A program made the translations under genes and the position numbers. A DNA stretch of 64,000 nucleotides, from contig JBDKTA010000014.1 of assembly GCA_039680605.1 (NCBI GenBank), forward strand, positions 29,232-93,231. The letters run 5' to 3'. Position 1 is the stretch's first letter, and each line of letters opens with the position of its first letter. Origin of the DNA: Planctomycetaceae bacterium (lineage in GTDB: Bacteria; Planctomycetota; Phycisphaerae; SM23-33). The notes beneath the pieces are model-generated. The model was not told where the DNA came from. It did no database searches and saw only the letters and a program-made list of their open reading frames with translations. Shown one piece after another: positions 9,020-18,871 of this stretch.

Positions 9020-11141
9020 CCGTCCGCTCCTCCATTGCCGAGGCCACGGCGGCAAAACTGGCAAGCGTTACCGCCACCTGATCTCGCCATCGCACCGGAG
9101 GCTCACGCCCCTGCGCCGCCTGAGCGATGAATTGCGCAAACTCTTCCTGGTGCCCCTTGTCCTGCCGGCGCGTCCTGACGGTGCGGAATCCGCGCGCGCC
9201 AAAGGCATGGGTCTGGCGGAAGTTGTCCAGTTCAAACACGCGACCGTCGCTGAAAACTCGCAGCAATTCCTTTGGGTACTGCTTTGAGCCGTTGGCGTAA
9301 TAGCACACGGACCCCACCGACCCATCGGCAAAGCCAAGCGTGATGGCCATCTTGTCGTCGCGCGTGGCGAAGCCCCGGCCCGCCATGCATGCCGAGACCG
9401 TCGTGACCTCGCACCCGGCCAGAAACGCCAGCAGGTCGATGAAATGGCAGGCCTCGCCGATAATGCGCCCACCGCCGAGGACCGGGTCATGCACCCAGTG
9501 CTCGGGCGGAATGTATCCGGCATTGACCGTCATCGTCATCGACACCGGTTCCTTGCGACCGGACAGGGCCTTGGCGATGGCTTGCGTGTGCGGCGAGAAG
9601 CGGCGGTTGAAGCCCGTCATCACCATGCACTGCGGCGCCGCCGCGGCGGCCGACTGGATCTGCGACAGCTCCTCGAGTGTCATCGCCAACGGTTTCTCAA
9701 CGAAGGCATGTTTGCCGGCGCGAAGGATCTCCGTCACCAGCCGCGCGTGCAGGTTGTGATTGACCGCCACGAACACCGCCTGGACGGCCGGATCTTGCAG
9801 CATCAGGTGATAGTCGCTGACGGCCTTGTTAGCCTGGAACTTGCCGGCCAAATGAGTGGCCGCGGCGGTATTGAGGTCTGCGATATATCCTACACGCGCG
9901 CCGATTTTGGCCAGCGCCGGCACCAGCGTGACCTTAGAGAAGTTCCCCGCCCCTATGACGCCGACGATGGGTGAAGCAACCGCCCTGTCATCCCTGTCGC
10001 GCCAACCCAGCGTCAAGGCCGGCGCTCGGTCCACCGCCTCGGGATACTTGAGGATCACGCCCAGCCCGCCGCGGGTGCTGATCAGGTCATATGCTTCGGC
10101 GGCCTCATCGAGATTGAAGCGGTGGCTGATCAGGGCCTCGACATTGAGCCTCCCGGTGGCCAACATGTCGAGAACCGCCTGGAAGTTGCGTTGCTCGGTC
10201 CATCGCACCTGCGAGAGTGGATAATCCTGCCCGCCCTTCTCGTAGCGGTCGTCGTACCTGCCCGGTCCGTACGAGCAGGAGACCTGGAACGTCAGTTCCT
10301 TTTCGTAGAAGTCGCTGCGGCGGATGTTAAGGCCAACCACGCCCACCAGCACCAGTCGTCCGCGTTTGCGCGACATTTCGGCGGCCTGGTGCATGATCAG
10401 ATCAGTCTTGGCCGCGGCGGTGATCACCACCGCGTCGACGCCGCGCCCGCTGGTCCACGCCCGGGCGGCGACCACCGGGTCCGTTCCCTGTCCGGCCAGT
10501 GCCGTCGCGGCGCCGTAGGCGGCGGCCTGCCTGAGCCGATCGGCGTTGACGTCGATGGCCAGCACCTGGCATCCGTTAGCCCGCAGCAATTGCACGGCCA
10601 CCAGGCCGATCACGCCCAGTCCAAACACCGCCACCTGCTCGCCCATCAGCGGATTCACCAGCCGCAGGCCCTGCAGGGCGATGCTGGCCAGCACGGTGAA
10701 CGCGGCCTGCTCGTCACTGATACCGTCGGGCACTTTGGCACAAAGGTTTTTTGGCACGGCGACGATCTGGGCGTGCGGACCATTGCTGATCACACGGTCG
10801 CCGGAAGCGAAACCCGTCACCCCGGGCCCCACCTCCAGCACCACCCCACAGTTGCAGTAGCCCAGCGGCAGCGGTTCGTCCAGACGGCTGAACACCGCTT
10901 CGAGCGTGGCCGAGAGTCCGTCGGTCTTGATCTTGTCGAGCACCTGCTTGACCTTGTCGGGCTGGCTGCGCGCCTTTGCCAGCAGCGAGGCCTTGCCGAA
11001 CTCGACGAGCATGCGTTCGGTGCCCGCCGAGATCAGCGTTCGCGTCGTGCGGATCAGCAGCGACCCGGGCGTGACGATCGGCGAGGGGACTTCAACCAGA
11101 CGCGTCTGGCCGCCGCGGAGATCTTGGAGAATTTGCTTCAT
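8964..11141 (-). CDS. bi-domain oxidoreductase: N-terminal MDR/Zn-alcohol-dehydrogenase-like domain plus C-terminal Gfo/Idh/MocA domain
   Basis: 725 aa. N-terminal LIRTTRTLISAGTE... GroES-like/ADH region, then a Rossmann region, then VGVIGAGNFSK... Gfo/Idh/MocA NAD-binding and C-terminal domains. A paralog lies at 42985..45153. Confidence 0.75.
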   Translation of the reverse strand: MKQILQDLRGGQTRLVEVPSPIVTPGSLLIRTTRTLISAGTERMLVEFGKASLLAKARSQPDKVKQVLDKIKTDGLSATLEAVFSRLDEPLPLGYCNCGVVLEVGPGVTGFASGDRVISNGPHAQIVAVPKNLCAKVPDGISDEQAAFTVLASIALQGLRLVNPLMGEQVAVFGLGVIGLVAVQLLRANGCQVLAIDVNADRLRQAAAYGAATALAGQGTDPVVAARAWTSGRGVDAVVITAAAKTDLIMHQAAEMSRKRGRLVLVGVVGLNIRRSDFYEKELTFQVSCSYGPGRYDDRYEKGGQDYPLSQVRWTEQRNFQAVLDMLATGRLNVEALISHRFNLDEAAEAYDLISTRGGLGVILKYPEAVDRAPALTLGWRDRDDRAVASPIVGVIGAGNFSKVTLVPALAKIGARVGYIADLNTAAATHLAGKFQANKAVSDYHLMLQDPAVQAVFVAVNHNLHARLVTEILRAGKHAFVEKPLAMTLEELSQIQSAAAAAPQCMVMTGFNRRFSPHTQAIAKALSGRKEPVSMTMTVNAGYIPPEHWVHDPVLGGGRIIGEACHFIDLLAFLAGCEVTTVSACMAGRGFATRDDKMAITLGFADGSVGSVCYYANGSKQYPKELLRVFSDGRVFELDNFRQTHAFGARGFRTVRTRRQDKGHQEEFAQFIAQAAQGREPPVRWRDQVAVTLASFAAVASAMEERTVILEAEYPEILQRAVATA

Positions 11142-11163
11142 CTAAGAAAGGTCTCCTTGCTCG

Positions 11164-12492
11164 TCAGGCGTAATAGCTCTGGATCAACAGTGCGAGGTTC
11201 GGATCGGCCCGCTCCTGCAAGGTGTAAGGCGGCAGGGCCGTCTCCTGCCAAACGGGCTTCGAGTCTATCGCAGCCAGGCGGGAAACCATGACGCTGACAG
11301 CGGCAGTCATGAAGATGAAAAAGTTGCTGGGGCTGTCCAGCTTAACTTCAAAGAAAGCCGCGACAATTGATCCCAACATGATGCCGGCAAATAGTCGTCC
11401 GTACTCCCTGTCTTCCTCGCAGTGCCGCGGCAACATGAGTCGCAGGCTTTGGCCCAGCAGAGCCAATAGAGCCCCGGCATAAAGGGAGAGGCCCAGTAAT
11501 CCCTGGTCATACCAGATGCCCAAGTATGCATTGTGAAATCCAAACCCCAGGGTGGCGTTTGAACCTACTCCATGCCCCAGCCATGGCGCAGTCAAACATC
11601 CTTCATAAGCCGCTTGCCATAGTCCCATGCGTCCGGTGGTATCTGCTGAAGTGAATCGCTTCATGACGAACTCTTTCTGGGCCGGAAAGAGACTGAGGAC
11701 CTGGTATGCGACCAGAGCGGTAGCGGCGACAATGACTAAAGCCATCAACAATCGCTTGATTCCCAGCCGCGCACCCACCAGAGGAACACACGCAATAAAT
11801 CCGGCAAAGGTGCCGGTCCTCTGGCCGCTTAGAACACAGATCGTGGCAATTCCCATGCCTATGGCCGCAGATGCTGCCCGCAGCCATTTCACTTTGATTG
11901 CCAGGGTTGCCCAAAGCACCACCGGCAGCAACATTCCGCCGGTCTGAACGAATAGCGGGGCATTCTTTGTGGCGCCGCCGAATCGCGAGCCTCTCAACTC
12001 TCCCAGGGAGGCCAGGGCCAATACTAGGAAGATCGATGAACCGAACAGCAGGATCAGGAGGAACCGCCGGACGTCAGATCGCGTCTGGATGGAGGCGGCC
12101 ATGGCAGAGGCCATCGGGATCACCAGAATAAACAATAAGCCGGACTTCTGGATCGCAAAAAATAACGACGGCGCCCGAAAAGAACCGACTAAACCGACAA
12201 TCGCCATGGTCCCCAACATGATTGCCGCCAGACCGGGATTGCCAATCCCTCGCAACGCTGTCAATGCCATCAGGAACATGATTGCCCATCGCAGCAATGT
12301 CGATCCGGAGTCCAGCCGATCATTTACATGTCCGGAGAACATCAGAGCTGCCACAAAGATCGTCAGCAGCCACCACCGCTTGCCGGCGATCGTCATGATC
12401 AGCAGGGCCAGCAGCAGCAGGATCACAATGATGGCCCCGGCCAACCCTGCCGCATCATAGAACCGGTCAAATCGTCCAAAGACGTCACGCAT
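11164..12492 (-). CDS. O-antigen polymerase/ligase-family (Wzy-like) integral membrane protein
   Basis: About 10 TM helices. Wzy_C-like loop ...WLGHGVGSNATLGFGFHNAYLGIWYDQGLLGL.... Start moved to the Met whose ATG overlaps the upstream stop by 1 nt. Confidence 0.65.
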   Translation of the reverse strand: MRDVFGRFDRFYDAAGLAGAIIVILLLLALLIMTIAGKRWWLLTIFVAALMFSGHVNDRLDSGSTLLRWAIMFLMALTALRGIGNPGLAAIMLGTMAIVGLVGSFRAPSLFFAIQKSGLLFILVIPMASAMAASIQTRSDVRRFLLILLFGSSIFLVLALASLGELRGSRFGGATKNAPLFVQTGGMLLPVVLWATLAIKVKWLRAASAAIGMGIATICVLSGQRTGTFAGFIACVPLVGARLGIKRLLMALVIVAATALVAYQVLSLFPAQKEFVMKRFTSADTTGRMGLWQAAYEGCLTAPWLGHGVGSNATLGFGFHNAYLGIWYDQGLLGLSLYAGALLALLGQSLRLMLPRHCEEDREYGRLFAGIMLGSIVAAFFEVKLDSPSNFFIFMTAAVSVMVSRLAAIDSKPVWQETALPPYTLQERADPNLALLIQSYYA

Positions 12493-13688
12493 CAAGCCAA
12501 ATCCTGCCCTGGAGGCGATGATTCTTCTGTGGCTTGCAGACCGACAGCCACACAATAACCATCATGGTACTGTTGCATTCTTTCCCCGCCAGCCAGCGCA
12601 CAACACAGCAACAAAAGCCTTCTCGCCACTTCTGCCGGTTGGAACATCCAGATCCGTTCAAGTGCCGCACGCCGCATTCGCTGCAGAAGGTCCCGGTCAT
12701 CTACCAAAGTCATCACCCGCCGGACCAAGTCGTCAGTGTCCTCGCTGCGGAACAGGAAGCCGGTCTTACCTTCCACCAGCAGCGGGCGCGTGGCGCCCAC
12801 TCGGTCGCTGGCGATCACGGCCAGACCGTGCCCCATCGCTTCATTTAATACCGCTCCCCAGCCGTCAAACCGACTGGGGAGAATCAGGATCTGACTGCGA
12901 CGGTATACATTCGCGCATTGCTGGATCGGCAGAGCCCCAGTCAATTCGACTTTGGAGGAGACCCCGAGTTTTCGAATCTGATCTTCCAGTGCGAGGCGTT
13001 CAGGGCCGTCGCCCACAATCGTCAAGTGCCAATCCCGTTGGGCAAGATCGGTCTGCCCGAGTGCGCTCAGCAGAATGTCTACTCCCTTACGTTTGATCAA
13101 CGAGCCGGAGTATACCAGACGAACCGTCCCGGAAAGCGGTACCGAAAGATCCGGCTTCTCCTTTGGATCATGATAGGTGGAAAAGCCAAAAACCCAAGTA
13201 TTCCAGCGACAGACACCAAGACGGTAGAAATCGATTTCCGCCCCGCGACCCGCAGCCAACAGGTGAACGTTGGGCGAATCGCACGGAGCTAGCAGGAGGC
13301 GCCGCAACATCAGAGAAATTCCTGAGCGAGATGTTCTGGGGTGATCTAGGAAGGGCTCAGACCAAAGAAGCGTGGGCTTGCCTGTCAGCCGTCGCAGCCA
13401 GTGATGAAAGGGAAGCGTCGGGAAATGGAAGAAGCCGGGCAGAATCACGACATCGGCGGAGAGAAGTTTCCAGTAATATGCCAGTCGGTCAGATAGGCGG
13501 CGCCACGGCTGCAGATAGGGCGAGTCTGGGGCCATCTCGGGCCAGCCTAGAGACAGACGTTCCTGCGCCAGGGCTCGTAGTGAGACGCGAGTCACCTTGA
13601 CCCATTCCGCCCGTGCCATTTCATCATACATGGGCACGATGTGCGGGTTGTTGAACGGAGCAACACAGACAATTGTGGTGTGTTTCAT
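12492..13688 (-). CDS. glycosyltransferase family 4
   Basis: C-terminal GT4 motif DGWGAVLNEAMGHGLAVIAS...EGKTGFLF. Confidence 0.8.
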   Translation of the reverse strand: MKHTTIVCVAPFNNPHIVPMYDEMARAEWVKVTRVSLRALAQERLSLGWPEMAPDSPYLQPWRRLSDRLAYYWKLLSADVVILPGFFHFPTLPFHHWLRRLTGKPTLLWSEPFLDHPRTSRSGISLMLRRLLLAPCDSPNVHLLAAGRGAEIDFYRLGVCRWNTWVFGFSTYHDPKEKPDLSVPLSGTVRLVYSGSLIKRKGVDILLSALGQTDLAQRDWHLTIVGDGPERLALEDQIRKLGVSSKVELTGALPIQQCANVYRRSQILILPSRFDGWGAVLNEAMGHGLAVIASDRVGATRPLLVEGKTGFLFRSEDTDDLVRRVMTLVDDRDLLQRMRRAALERIWMFQPAEVARRLLLLCCALAGGERMQQYHDGYCVAVGLQATEESSPPGQDLA

Positions 13689-13811
13689 CGAACGGCCCAT
13701 AGCCAACTCAACAAGCTATAGCCCCGAGCTGCGATAAAGGCGGGGCGAGGACTCCGGCTGGCGCCATCGTTCCATTCTCGGATAAGGCTTGTGCCACTTG
13801 CGCCGGCCAGA

Positions 13812-15239
13812 TCATAGTGCGGCTTTCTTCCTGCGCCGCTCCACCCAAGCTGAGCCGACCAGCGCGAGGCACGCCATCTGGAACGGAATCAGGGGAATCA
13901 GGTAACGGTATACATAAAGTGTGCATGTGTACAAAAGGACCGTATAGACCGGCACCGCCAGCAACATGGAGACGCTCTTGCGCTGATCCCAGTACAGGAT
14001 GATGACCAATAATGCAGCCATAGACCCCAGACCGGAAATCGCCATCACCAGGATGCGCTCCCAGAATGCATTGATCACATAGCCGGGGTAACGCATGAAT
14101 GTTTGCACGGGCGTCAGGCCTTCCTTATTGCGGAAGTGGCTGATCATCCCCTGGGTCCTGTTGGAATTGACAAACCCTGTGGAATAAGGCGTCGCGAGAA
14201 TCAGGGGAAGTCGACTCAGAGCCGCCTTAACAAAGAATCCCGGGTTCTCTTTGGCATGTGCCTTTACTTCCTTTAAGAACCAAGCATCCGCCTCCAGCGT
14301 CAGATCGGACTCGAATCCCTGCTGCTTTGCCACCGCTGTCCCCACGTTATCATCGCAGACGATGCCCCATGGATTCGGGTTCTGCCCGATGCCCTTCCAT
14401 AGCGTCACCCCCGCCCCAGTCGATCCCCAAAGCCAGCAACCGCTTGTCACGTAATTCCGATAGGCCCACGGAAAGGTTGCAGCATACAGCGCCACCGCAA
14501 GGACGGCCGTCGATACCAGCGGTCGCACCCATCCGCGCTGCCGGATCAACAGAGCCAGACCCAGAAAGGGCCAGACCAACATGCTTCCCGGACGCAGGTA
14601 GGAGCTGATGGCGATGAGCAGGCCTGACGCGGCCATCCAGATATAGCTGGGCTTATCCGCGCCATGGATGCAGCATAGTACGCCCAGCAACAGTACCCCC
14701 AGCGCCATGCCGCTTGGAAGCACCTGCACCGATGCGGTGAGCACTGGCGGGTAAACAGCCATCAGCCATGCGGCCGCATATGCGGCGCCAGCCCGTTTGA
14801 AGAGTTTCATTACGATTGCAAAGACAATCAGGGGGAAGAAAGCGGTTATGAACGCCTGGACCCACTTAACGTGGAGTTCCAGGGGCTCTCCGAAAACCCG
14901 ATAGACCGCCAGAAGAAATACCGGATACCCAGGTGTCCTCAGGTACTCAGGGCGCAGGAGGCTCATGTCCGTCTGGGGCCTGTGCTGGAAATCGACCTGG
15001 AGCCCTTGCTGGCTGACCTGCTGTGAATACGTGGCCAGTTCACGCCTGAAATCGTACCACTGGTCGATCGGAGGTCGGTTATAGCCGTAACCGCAGGCCA
15101 GCATGTAAGCCGGGCCCAGATAATCCCTGGTCATTCCCGAGTATACCGGACTGAACCAGGCCATCAACAGTCGAGCAACTATGCCCACGATCACGATCGC
15201 GGTCAAGTGAAGGATTCGTGTGCGGTTCTTCATGTTCAT
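13812..15239 (-). CDS. multi-pass membrane protein, GT-C-like (ArnT/PMT-family-like) candidate glycosyltransferase
   Basis: 475 aa with N-terminal, central and C-terminal hydrophobic helices and a large loop. Sits beside two GT2 polyprenyl-phosphate glycosyltransferases and a flippase-like protein. Family assignment is by architecture and context only. Confidence 0.4.
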   Translation of the reverse strand: MNMKNRTRILHLTAIVIVGIVARLLMAWFSPVYSGMTRDYLGPAYMLACGYGYNRPPIDQWYDFRRELATYSQQVSQQGLQVDFQHRPQTDMSLLRPEYLRTPGYPVFLLAVYRVFGEPLELHVKWVQAFITAFFPLIVFAIVMKLFKRAGAAYAAAWLMAVYPPVLTASVQVLPSGMALGVLLLGVLCCIHGADKPSYIWMAASGLLIAISSYLRPGSMLVWPFLGLALLIRQRGWVRPLVSTAVLAVALYAATFPWAYRNYVTSGCWLWGSTGAGVTLWKGIGQNPNPWGIVCDDNVGTAVAKQQGFESDLTLEADAWFLKEVKAHAKENPGFFVKAALSRLPLILATPYSTGFVNSNRTQGMISHFRNKEGLTPVQTFMRYPGYVINAFWERILVMAISGLGSMAALLVIILYWDQRKSVSMLLAVPVYTVLLYTCTLYVYRYLIPLIPFQMACLALVGSAWVERRRKKAAL

Positions 15240-15266
15240 GACAGACTCCGGGGCATCTGCAGCCCA

Positions 15267-15872
15267 TTAAGATACGCGACAGAGCAGGATCGTCCATGGC
15301 AGCGGAGTTCGTCGCGATATCACTTTGCAGTAAAGACTGACGAAATTTATAAATCCACGGGCGGTCCAATGGTTCAGGTGGCCTGGCGTATTACCCAGCG
15401 ACCTGACATATTTCAAACGCCCCATGTTCATCATGCACCAGATCGGCTCTCGCGGCACCGACAGGATCGCCCAGCGCCGGCTCACGCGGCAGATCTCGGC
15501 CATCGCCTGCTCGGGATGCTCCAGGTGCTCCAACACCTCCAACACAAACAGGATATCCACCGAGTGATCCGGCCGCGACAAGTGGTAGATGGATTCCCGG
15601 CGGACCGGGACATCCGGATTACGCTCACCGGCTAGCTTCACCAGATCAGGCTCGACATCGCTGGCGTCGAAGACGACCTTCTGCGAAAGGCTTTTTCTCA
15701 ACTGCTGGGTGCTGAAGCCTGGCCCACAGCCGATTTCCGCGGCGACCTGAACATCCAGGCCCTGGAGAAGTTCGCTCATCTGAGAAAAGAAACGGTTGAT
15801 CAGCCAGCGAGAGGCACCAGTGCTGTGGGTATACTTCCCGCAAAAATCCTGCTTTTGTGGATCGTGTTCCAT
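15267..15872 (-). CDS. class I SAM-dependent methyltransferase
   Basis: Motif I VAAEIGCGPGFST and post-I region LEVLEHLEHPEQAM (Methyltransf_11/12-like). Confidence 0.75.
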   Translation of the reverse strand: MEHDPQKQDFCGKYTHSTGASRWLINRFFSQMSELLQGLDVQVAAEIGCGPGFSTQQLRKSLSQKVVFDASDVEPDLVKLAGERNPDVPVRRESIYHLSRPDHSVDILFVLEVLEHLEHPEQAMAEICRVSRRWAILSVPREPIWCMMNMGRLKYVRSLGNTPGHLNHWTARGFINFVSLYCKVISRRTPLPWTILLCRVS

Positions 15873-16921
15873 TAGAGAATGTCCTGTGATTCCCCTTTAA
15901 GTCGCGTCGGACTCATATCCTCTGCCGGGCGGCACAGGGGCATGAACAGATAGCAGACGCCGCCCGACAGGCCGCCGATGACGTTGGACATCACAAAATA
16001 CAACAGTGAAAAGGCTATGGCTTGCTCGGCGGCAATACCATATACTTGGCCCATCAGGAGAACGGCAGCGCCTTCGCGCGTGCCAAAACCGCTGACACTG
16101 ACTGGCAGCAACATCGCCAAGCAGATCGAGGCCATTAGAACACACATGTCCGGGTAGGCGATGTTGTTGATGCCCATCGCCTTGACGATCAGCCAGGCCT
16201 GCAAGAACCCCACCAAGTATGCCAGAAGCGTCATCGCCGCGCATAGCCCCCCTAATGGCGTATAGAAGATAGACAGCGTTTCTTCCAGCCACGCCATCAG
16301 TTTGCTGAACTTGCTCCGCGACGGGGCCCATTGCCCCAGGGCCCGGATCGCCGGGGATCCCCAAAGCGGCCCGGTCAACAGAACGATCGCCACAATTCCA
16401 AGAAGGGCAACCCTCGTGGTCGTCATCCCCTCGATTCCCCGCAGCCCCAAGGCTGCCCAACCCAGCAATCCGACTGCCACCAGGCACAGTACGTCAAACA
16501 TGCGGTCGATGAGAACCGGACGAAATGCCCGCGCGACCGTTACCTGATGGCTCTTGACCAGGTAGCGAACTCTTGCAAACTCACCCAGCCGTCCGGGCGT
16601 AATGATTCCGACAAAATACGCCGCCAAGTATACAATCCATGCCCGGCCAAGGGAGATCCTGCCGACCGTTCGCTGCGTCAGGGCCTGGAACCGCCACGTC
16701 TTGAAGATCATCATGACTGGAAACAGCAGGCAACCCAGCGCAAACAGATCGCCGCGCAGAGTCTGCCAGCTCCGCAGCATCGCCCGCCAGTCACATCTCC
16801 AGACCAGCCACACGAACACGACCAGACCGACGCAGTGGAGAAGAATGTTGCCCACTTTGCGCCAGCGCGACTGTGCGGGGACAGGATCGACAGGGATGTC
16901 GTTAATGCCGATCAGATTCAC
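15872..16921 (-). CDS. flippase-like membrane protein (UPF0104 / MprF C-terminal-like domain)
   Basis: Multi-TM protein with conserved ...GIITPGRLGEFARVRYL... region typical of the lysylphosphatidylglycerol-synthase TM/flippase family. Start set to GTG at 16921, which forms a GTGA overlap with the stop of the upstream GT2. The long ORF-track N-terminus overlaps that gene. Confidence 0.55.
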   Translation of the reverse strand: MNLIGINDIPVDPVPAQSRWRKVGNILLHCVGLVVFVWLVWRCDWRAMLRSWQTLRGDLFALGCLLFPVMMIFKTWRFQALTQRTVGRISLGRAWIVYLAAYFVGIITPGRLGEFARVRYLVKSHQVTVARAFRPVLIDRMFDVLCLVAVGLLGWAALGLRGIEGMTTTRVALLGIVAIVLLTGPLWGSPAIRALGQWAPSRSKFSKLMAWLEETLSIFYTPLGGLCAAMTLLAYLVGFLQAWLIVKAMGINNIAYPDMCVLMASICLAMLLPVSVSGFGTREGAAVLLMGQVYGIAAEQAIAFSLLYFVMSNVIGGLSGGVCYLFMPLCRPAEDMSPTRLKGESQDIL

Positions 16922-17925
16922 CCAACATCCCTCTCCGAGACCTTCGGTTGAGGGCGCTGGTCCCGGTACAGCGCCGTACGGTTGATGAACAGCAGCTCCT
17001 CCAGCAGCATGCGGATTCGGTTGAGCATGTCGGCCAGGAGGGCCAGAACCAGAAAGACAAATCCCAAGATGAGGCCTACCGCGCTGCCGATCAACATGGA
17101 ACGGTACGGCGTCGTGTAGCCCGTCTGCAGCCAATGAATGAACACGAATGCGCCCATCACCAGTCCGGCCAGAATGACCACCGAGGCGATGATCCCAAAA
17201 AACCCCAGCGGGTGCAGGTCCCGGAACGTCCGGAAGATGATCGGCACGGTCTTAGACACGTACTTCAGGAGGCTGCCGGCGACGCGGCTCTTACCGAACT
17301 CGCGCGTGCCCCGGATCCGTAGCGGCACCTCGGCCATTTCGACGCCCATACTGGCCAGGTTGATGAACGTCTCCTGGGTGTACGTGTACTGCCCGAACAG
17401 ATTCATCCGGAGCAGCGTTTCCCGCGTGTAGGCTCGGAAGCCGCACGATACGTCAGTGAAATGCCTCTGCCCTCGACAAAGGCGACTGATGAGCCAGCTC
17501 ATCATATGGTTGCCGACGAGTTTGGTCCTGGGCATCACCGGAACCACCTCGGGATTTCCAAAACGGCTGCAGGTCACGAATTCCGCCCCGTCCTTGAGGA
17601 TCGGGCGAACCAGTGCGGGAATGTCCTCGGGAGAGAACTGCCCGTCCCCGTCCATGTTCACGACGATGTCGGCGCCCCGCGCCAGGGCGGCTTTGACCCC
17701 GGTGGCAAAGGCGATGCCCACACCGCGATTGTTGGCATGGCTAACGACGTCTGCTCCCGCCTTGAGGGCGGCGTCCGCCGTGGCGTCGGTAGACCCATCG
17801 TCGACAACAACGACCTTCACAACCTCCGCCCCGTCCATCTTCCGGGGGATCCGATTGATCACATCGGCAATGGTCTGCTGCTCGTTCAACGCCGGGATGA
17901 TGACGATCAGTCGTTTGTCTTGCAT
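16918..17925 (-). CDS. GT2 polyprenyl-phosphate glycosyltransferase (DPM-synthase/ArnC/GtrB-like)
   Basis: RLIVIIPALNEQQTIADVINRIP...VVVVDDGSTDATAD...NMDGDGQ motifs plus C-terminal TM helices. Start at internal Met (MQDKRLIV). Confidence 0.8.
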   Translation of the reverse strand: MQDKRLIVIIPALNEQQTIADVINRIPRKMDGAEVVKVVVVDDGSTDATADAALKAGADVVSHANNRGVGIAFATGVKAALARGADIVVNMDGDGQFSPEDIPALVRPILKDGAEFVTCSRFGNPEVVPVMPRTKLVGNHMMSWLISRLCRGQRHFTDVSCGFRAYTRETLLRMNLFGQYTYTQETFINLASMGVEMAEVPLRIRGTREFGKSRVAGSLLKYVSKTVPIIFRTFRDLHPLGFFGIIASVVILAGLVMGAFVFIHWLQTGYTTPYRSMLIGSAVGLILGFVFLVLALLADMLNRIRMLLEELLFINRTALYRDQRPQPKVSERDVG

Positions 17926-17948
17926 TTTCCCATATCCCTTCGCAGCTG

Positions 17949-18860
17949 CTATCGGCGGCCGCGCACCATCACATTGTGCATCTCCCGCAGCCGCCAATTT
18001 ATTGCGTGCAGCAGGATTCCCAAAAAAACACTGCCTGCCGACAGGATCATGAGCCCGGTGGCCAGAATCGCCGACGGGAAGTGCGGTACTTTGCCCGTCG
18101 TGATATAATCATTGATCGGCAGAATGCCGGCCAATATTCCGCATCCAAACAACAAAACCGCCACCGCGCCAAAGAACGTCAACGGTTTGAAGGACCGAAA
18201 CAGCGTGAACATCTTCCACAGCACCCGCAGACCGTCGCGGACTGTCTGAAGCTTGCTCACACTGCCCGCGGGCCTCTGGCGATACGGTACGGCCACTTCA
18301 ACGATCTCCATGCGGTAATACAGCATCTGGATCGTCATCTCCGTTTCAATCTCGAAGCCGGCCGACACCACCGGAAGGCGGTCCACCACCCGCCTGGAAA
18401 AGGCACGATAGCCGCTCATAATGTCGCTCAGGCGGCTGTGTCCCATCCAGTTCACCAGGGCTCGGACGACTTTGTTGCCGGTGACGTGCATGGGGCGGAA
18501 GGAATTCTCGCCGTACTCCTGGAGGCGTGCGCCGACCACCATGTCCGCTTCGCCGCTGAGGATCGGCGCCAGCAGGTCATGCACCTTCTCGGCCGGATAC
18601 GTGTCGTCGCCGTCAACCAGCACATAGGCGTCCGCCTGGACAGTATCCATCATTCGCTCGACGACATAGCCTTTCCCCCGCCGGGGCTCTTTCACCACGC
18701 GTGCTTCGTGGGCCAGGGCAGTGGCCGCCGTGTCGTCCGTTGATCCGTTGTCAAAGACGTAGATCTGAGCCTGCGGCAATTCGCGGCGGAAATCATCCAC
18801 GACTTTGGCGATGGTCATGGATTCGTTATACGCCGGGATGAGCACCGCAACCGTCGTCAT
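17949..18860 (-). CDS. GT2 polyprenyl-phosphate glycosyltransferase (second tandem copy)
   Basis: MTTVAVLIPAYNESMTIAKVVDDF...YVFDNGSTDDTA...VDGDDTY, with C-terminal TM helices. Confidence 0.8.
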   Translation of the reverse strand: MTTVAVLIPAYNESMTIAKVVDDFRRELPQAQIYVFDNGSTDDTAATALAHEARVVKEPRRGKGYVVERMMDTVQADAYVLVDGDDTYPAEKVHDLLAPILSGEADMVVGARLQEYGENSFRPMHVTGNKVVRALVNWMGHSRLSDIMSGYRAFSRRVVDRLPVVSAGFEIETEMTIQMLYYRMEIVEVAVPYRQRPAGSVSKLQTVRDGLRVLWKMFTLFRSFKPLTFFGAVAVLLFGCGILAGILPINDYITTGKVPHFPSAILATGLMILSAGSVFLGILLHAINWRLREMHNVMVRGRR

Positions 18861-18871
18861 CCAGATTCCTT

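Noticed and set aside
16918-17997. ORF-track N-terminal extensions of several minus-strand genes (16918..17997, 20023..21261, 25025..26827, 26685..27524, 29236..29952, 15872..17134) that overlap the upstream gene by 60-220 nt
   Set aside because: In each case an internal Met or GTG sits right at or just after the upstream stop (often an ATGA or GTGA overlap). It coincides with the start of family homology. The longer versions are start-codon over-calls.
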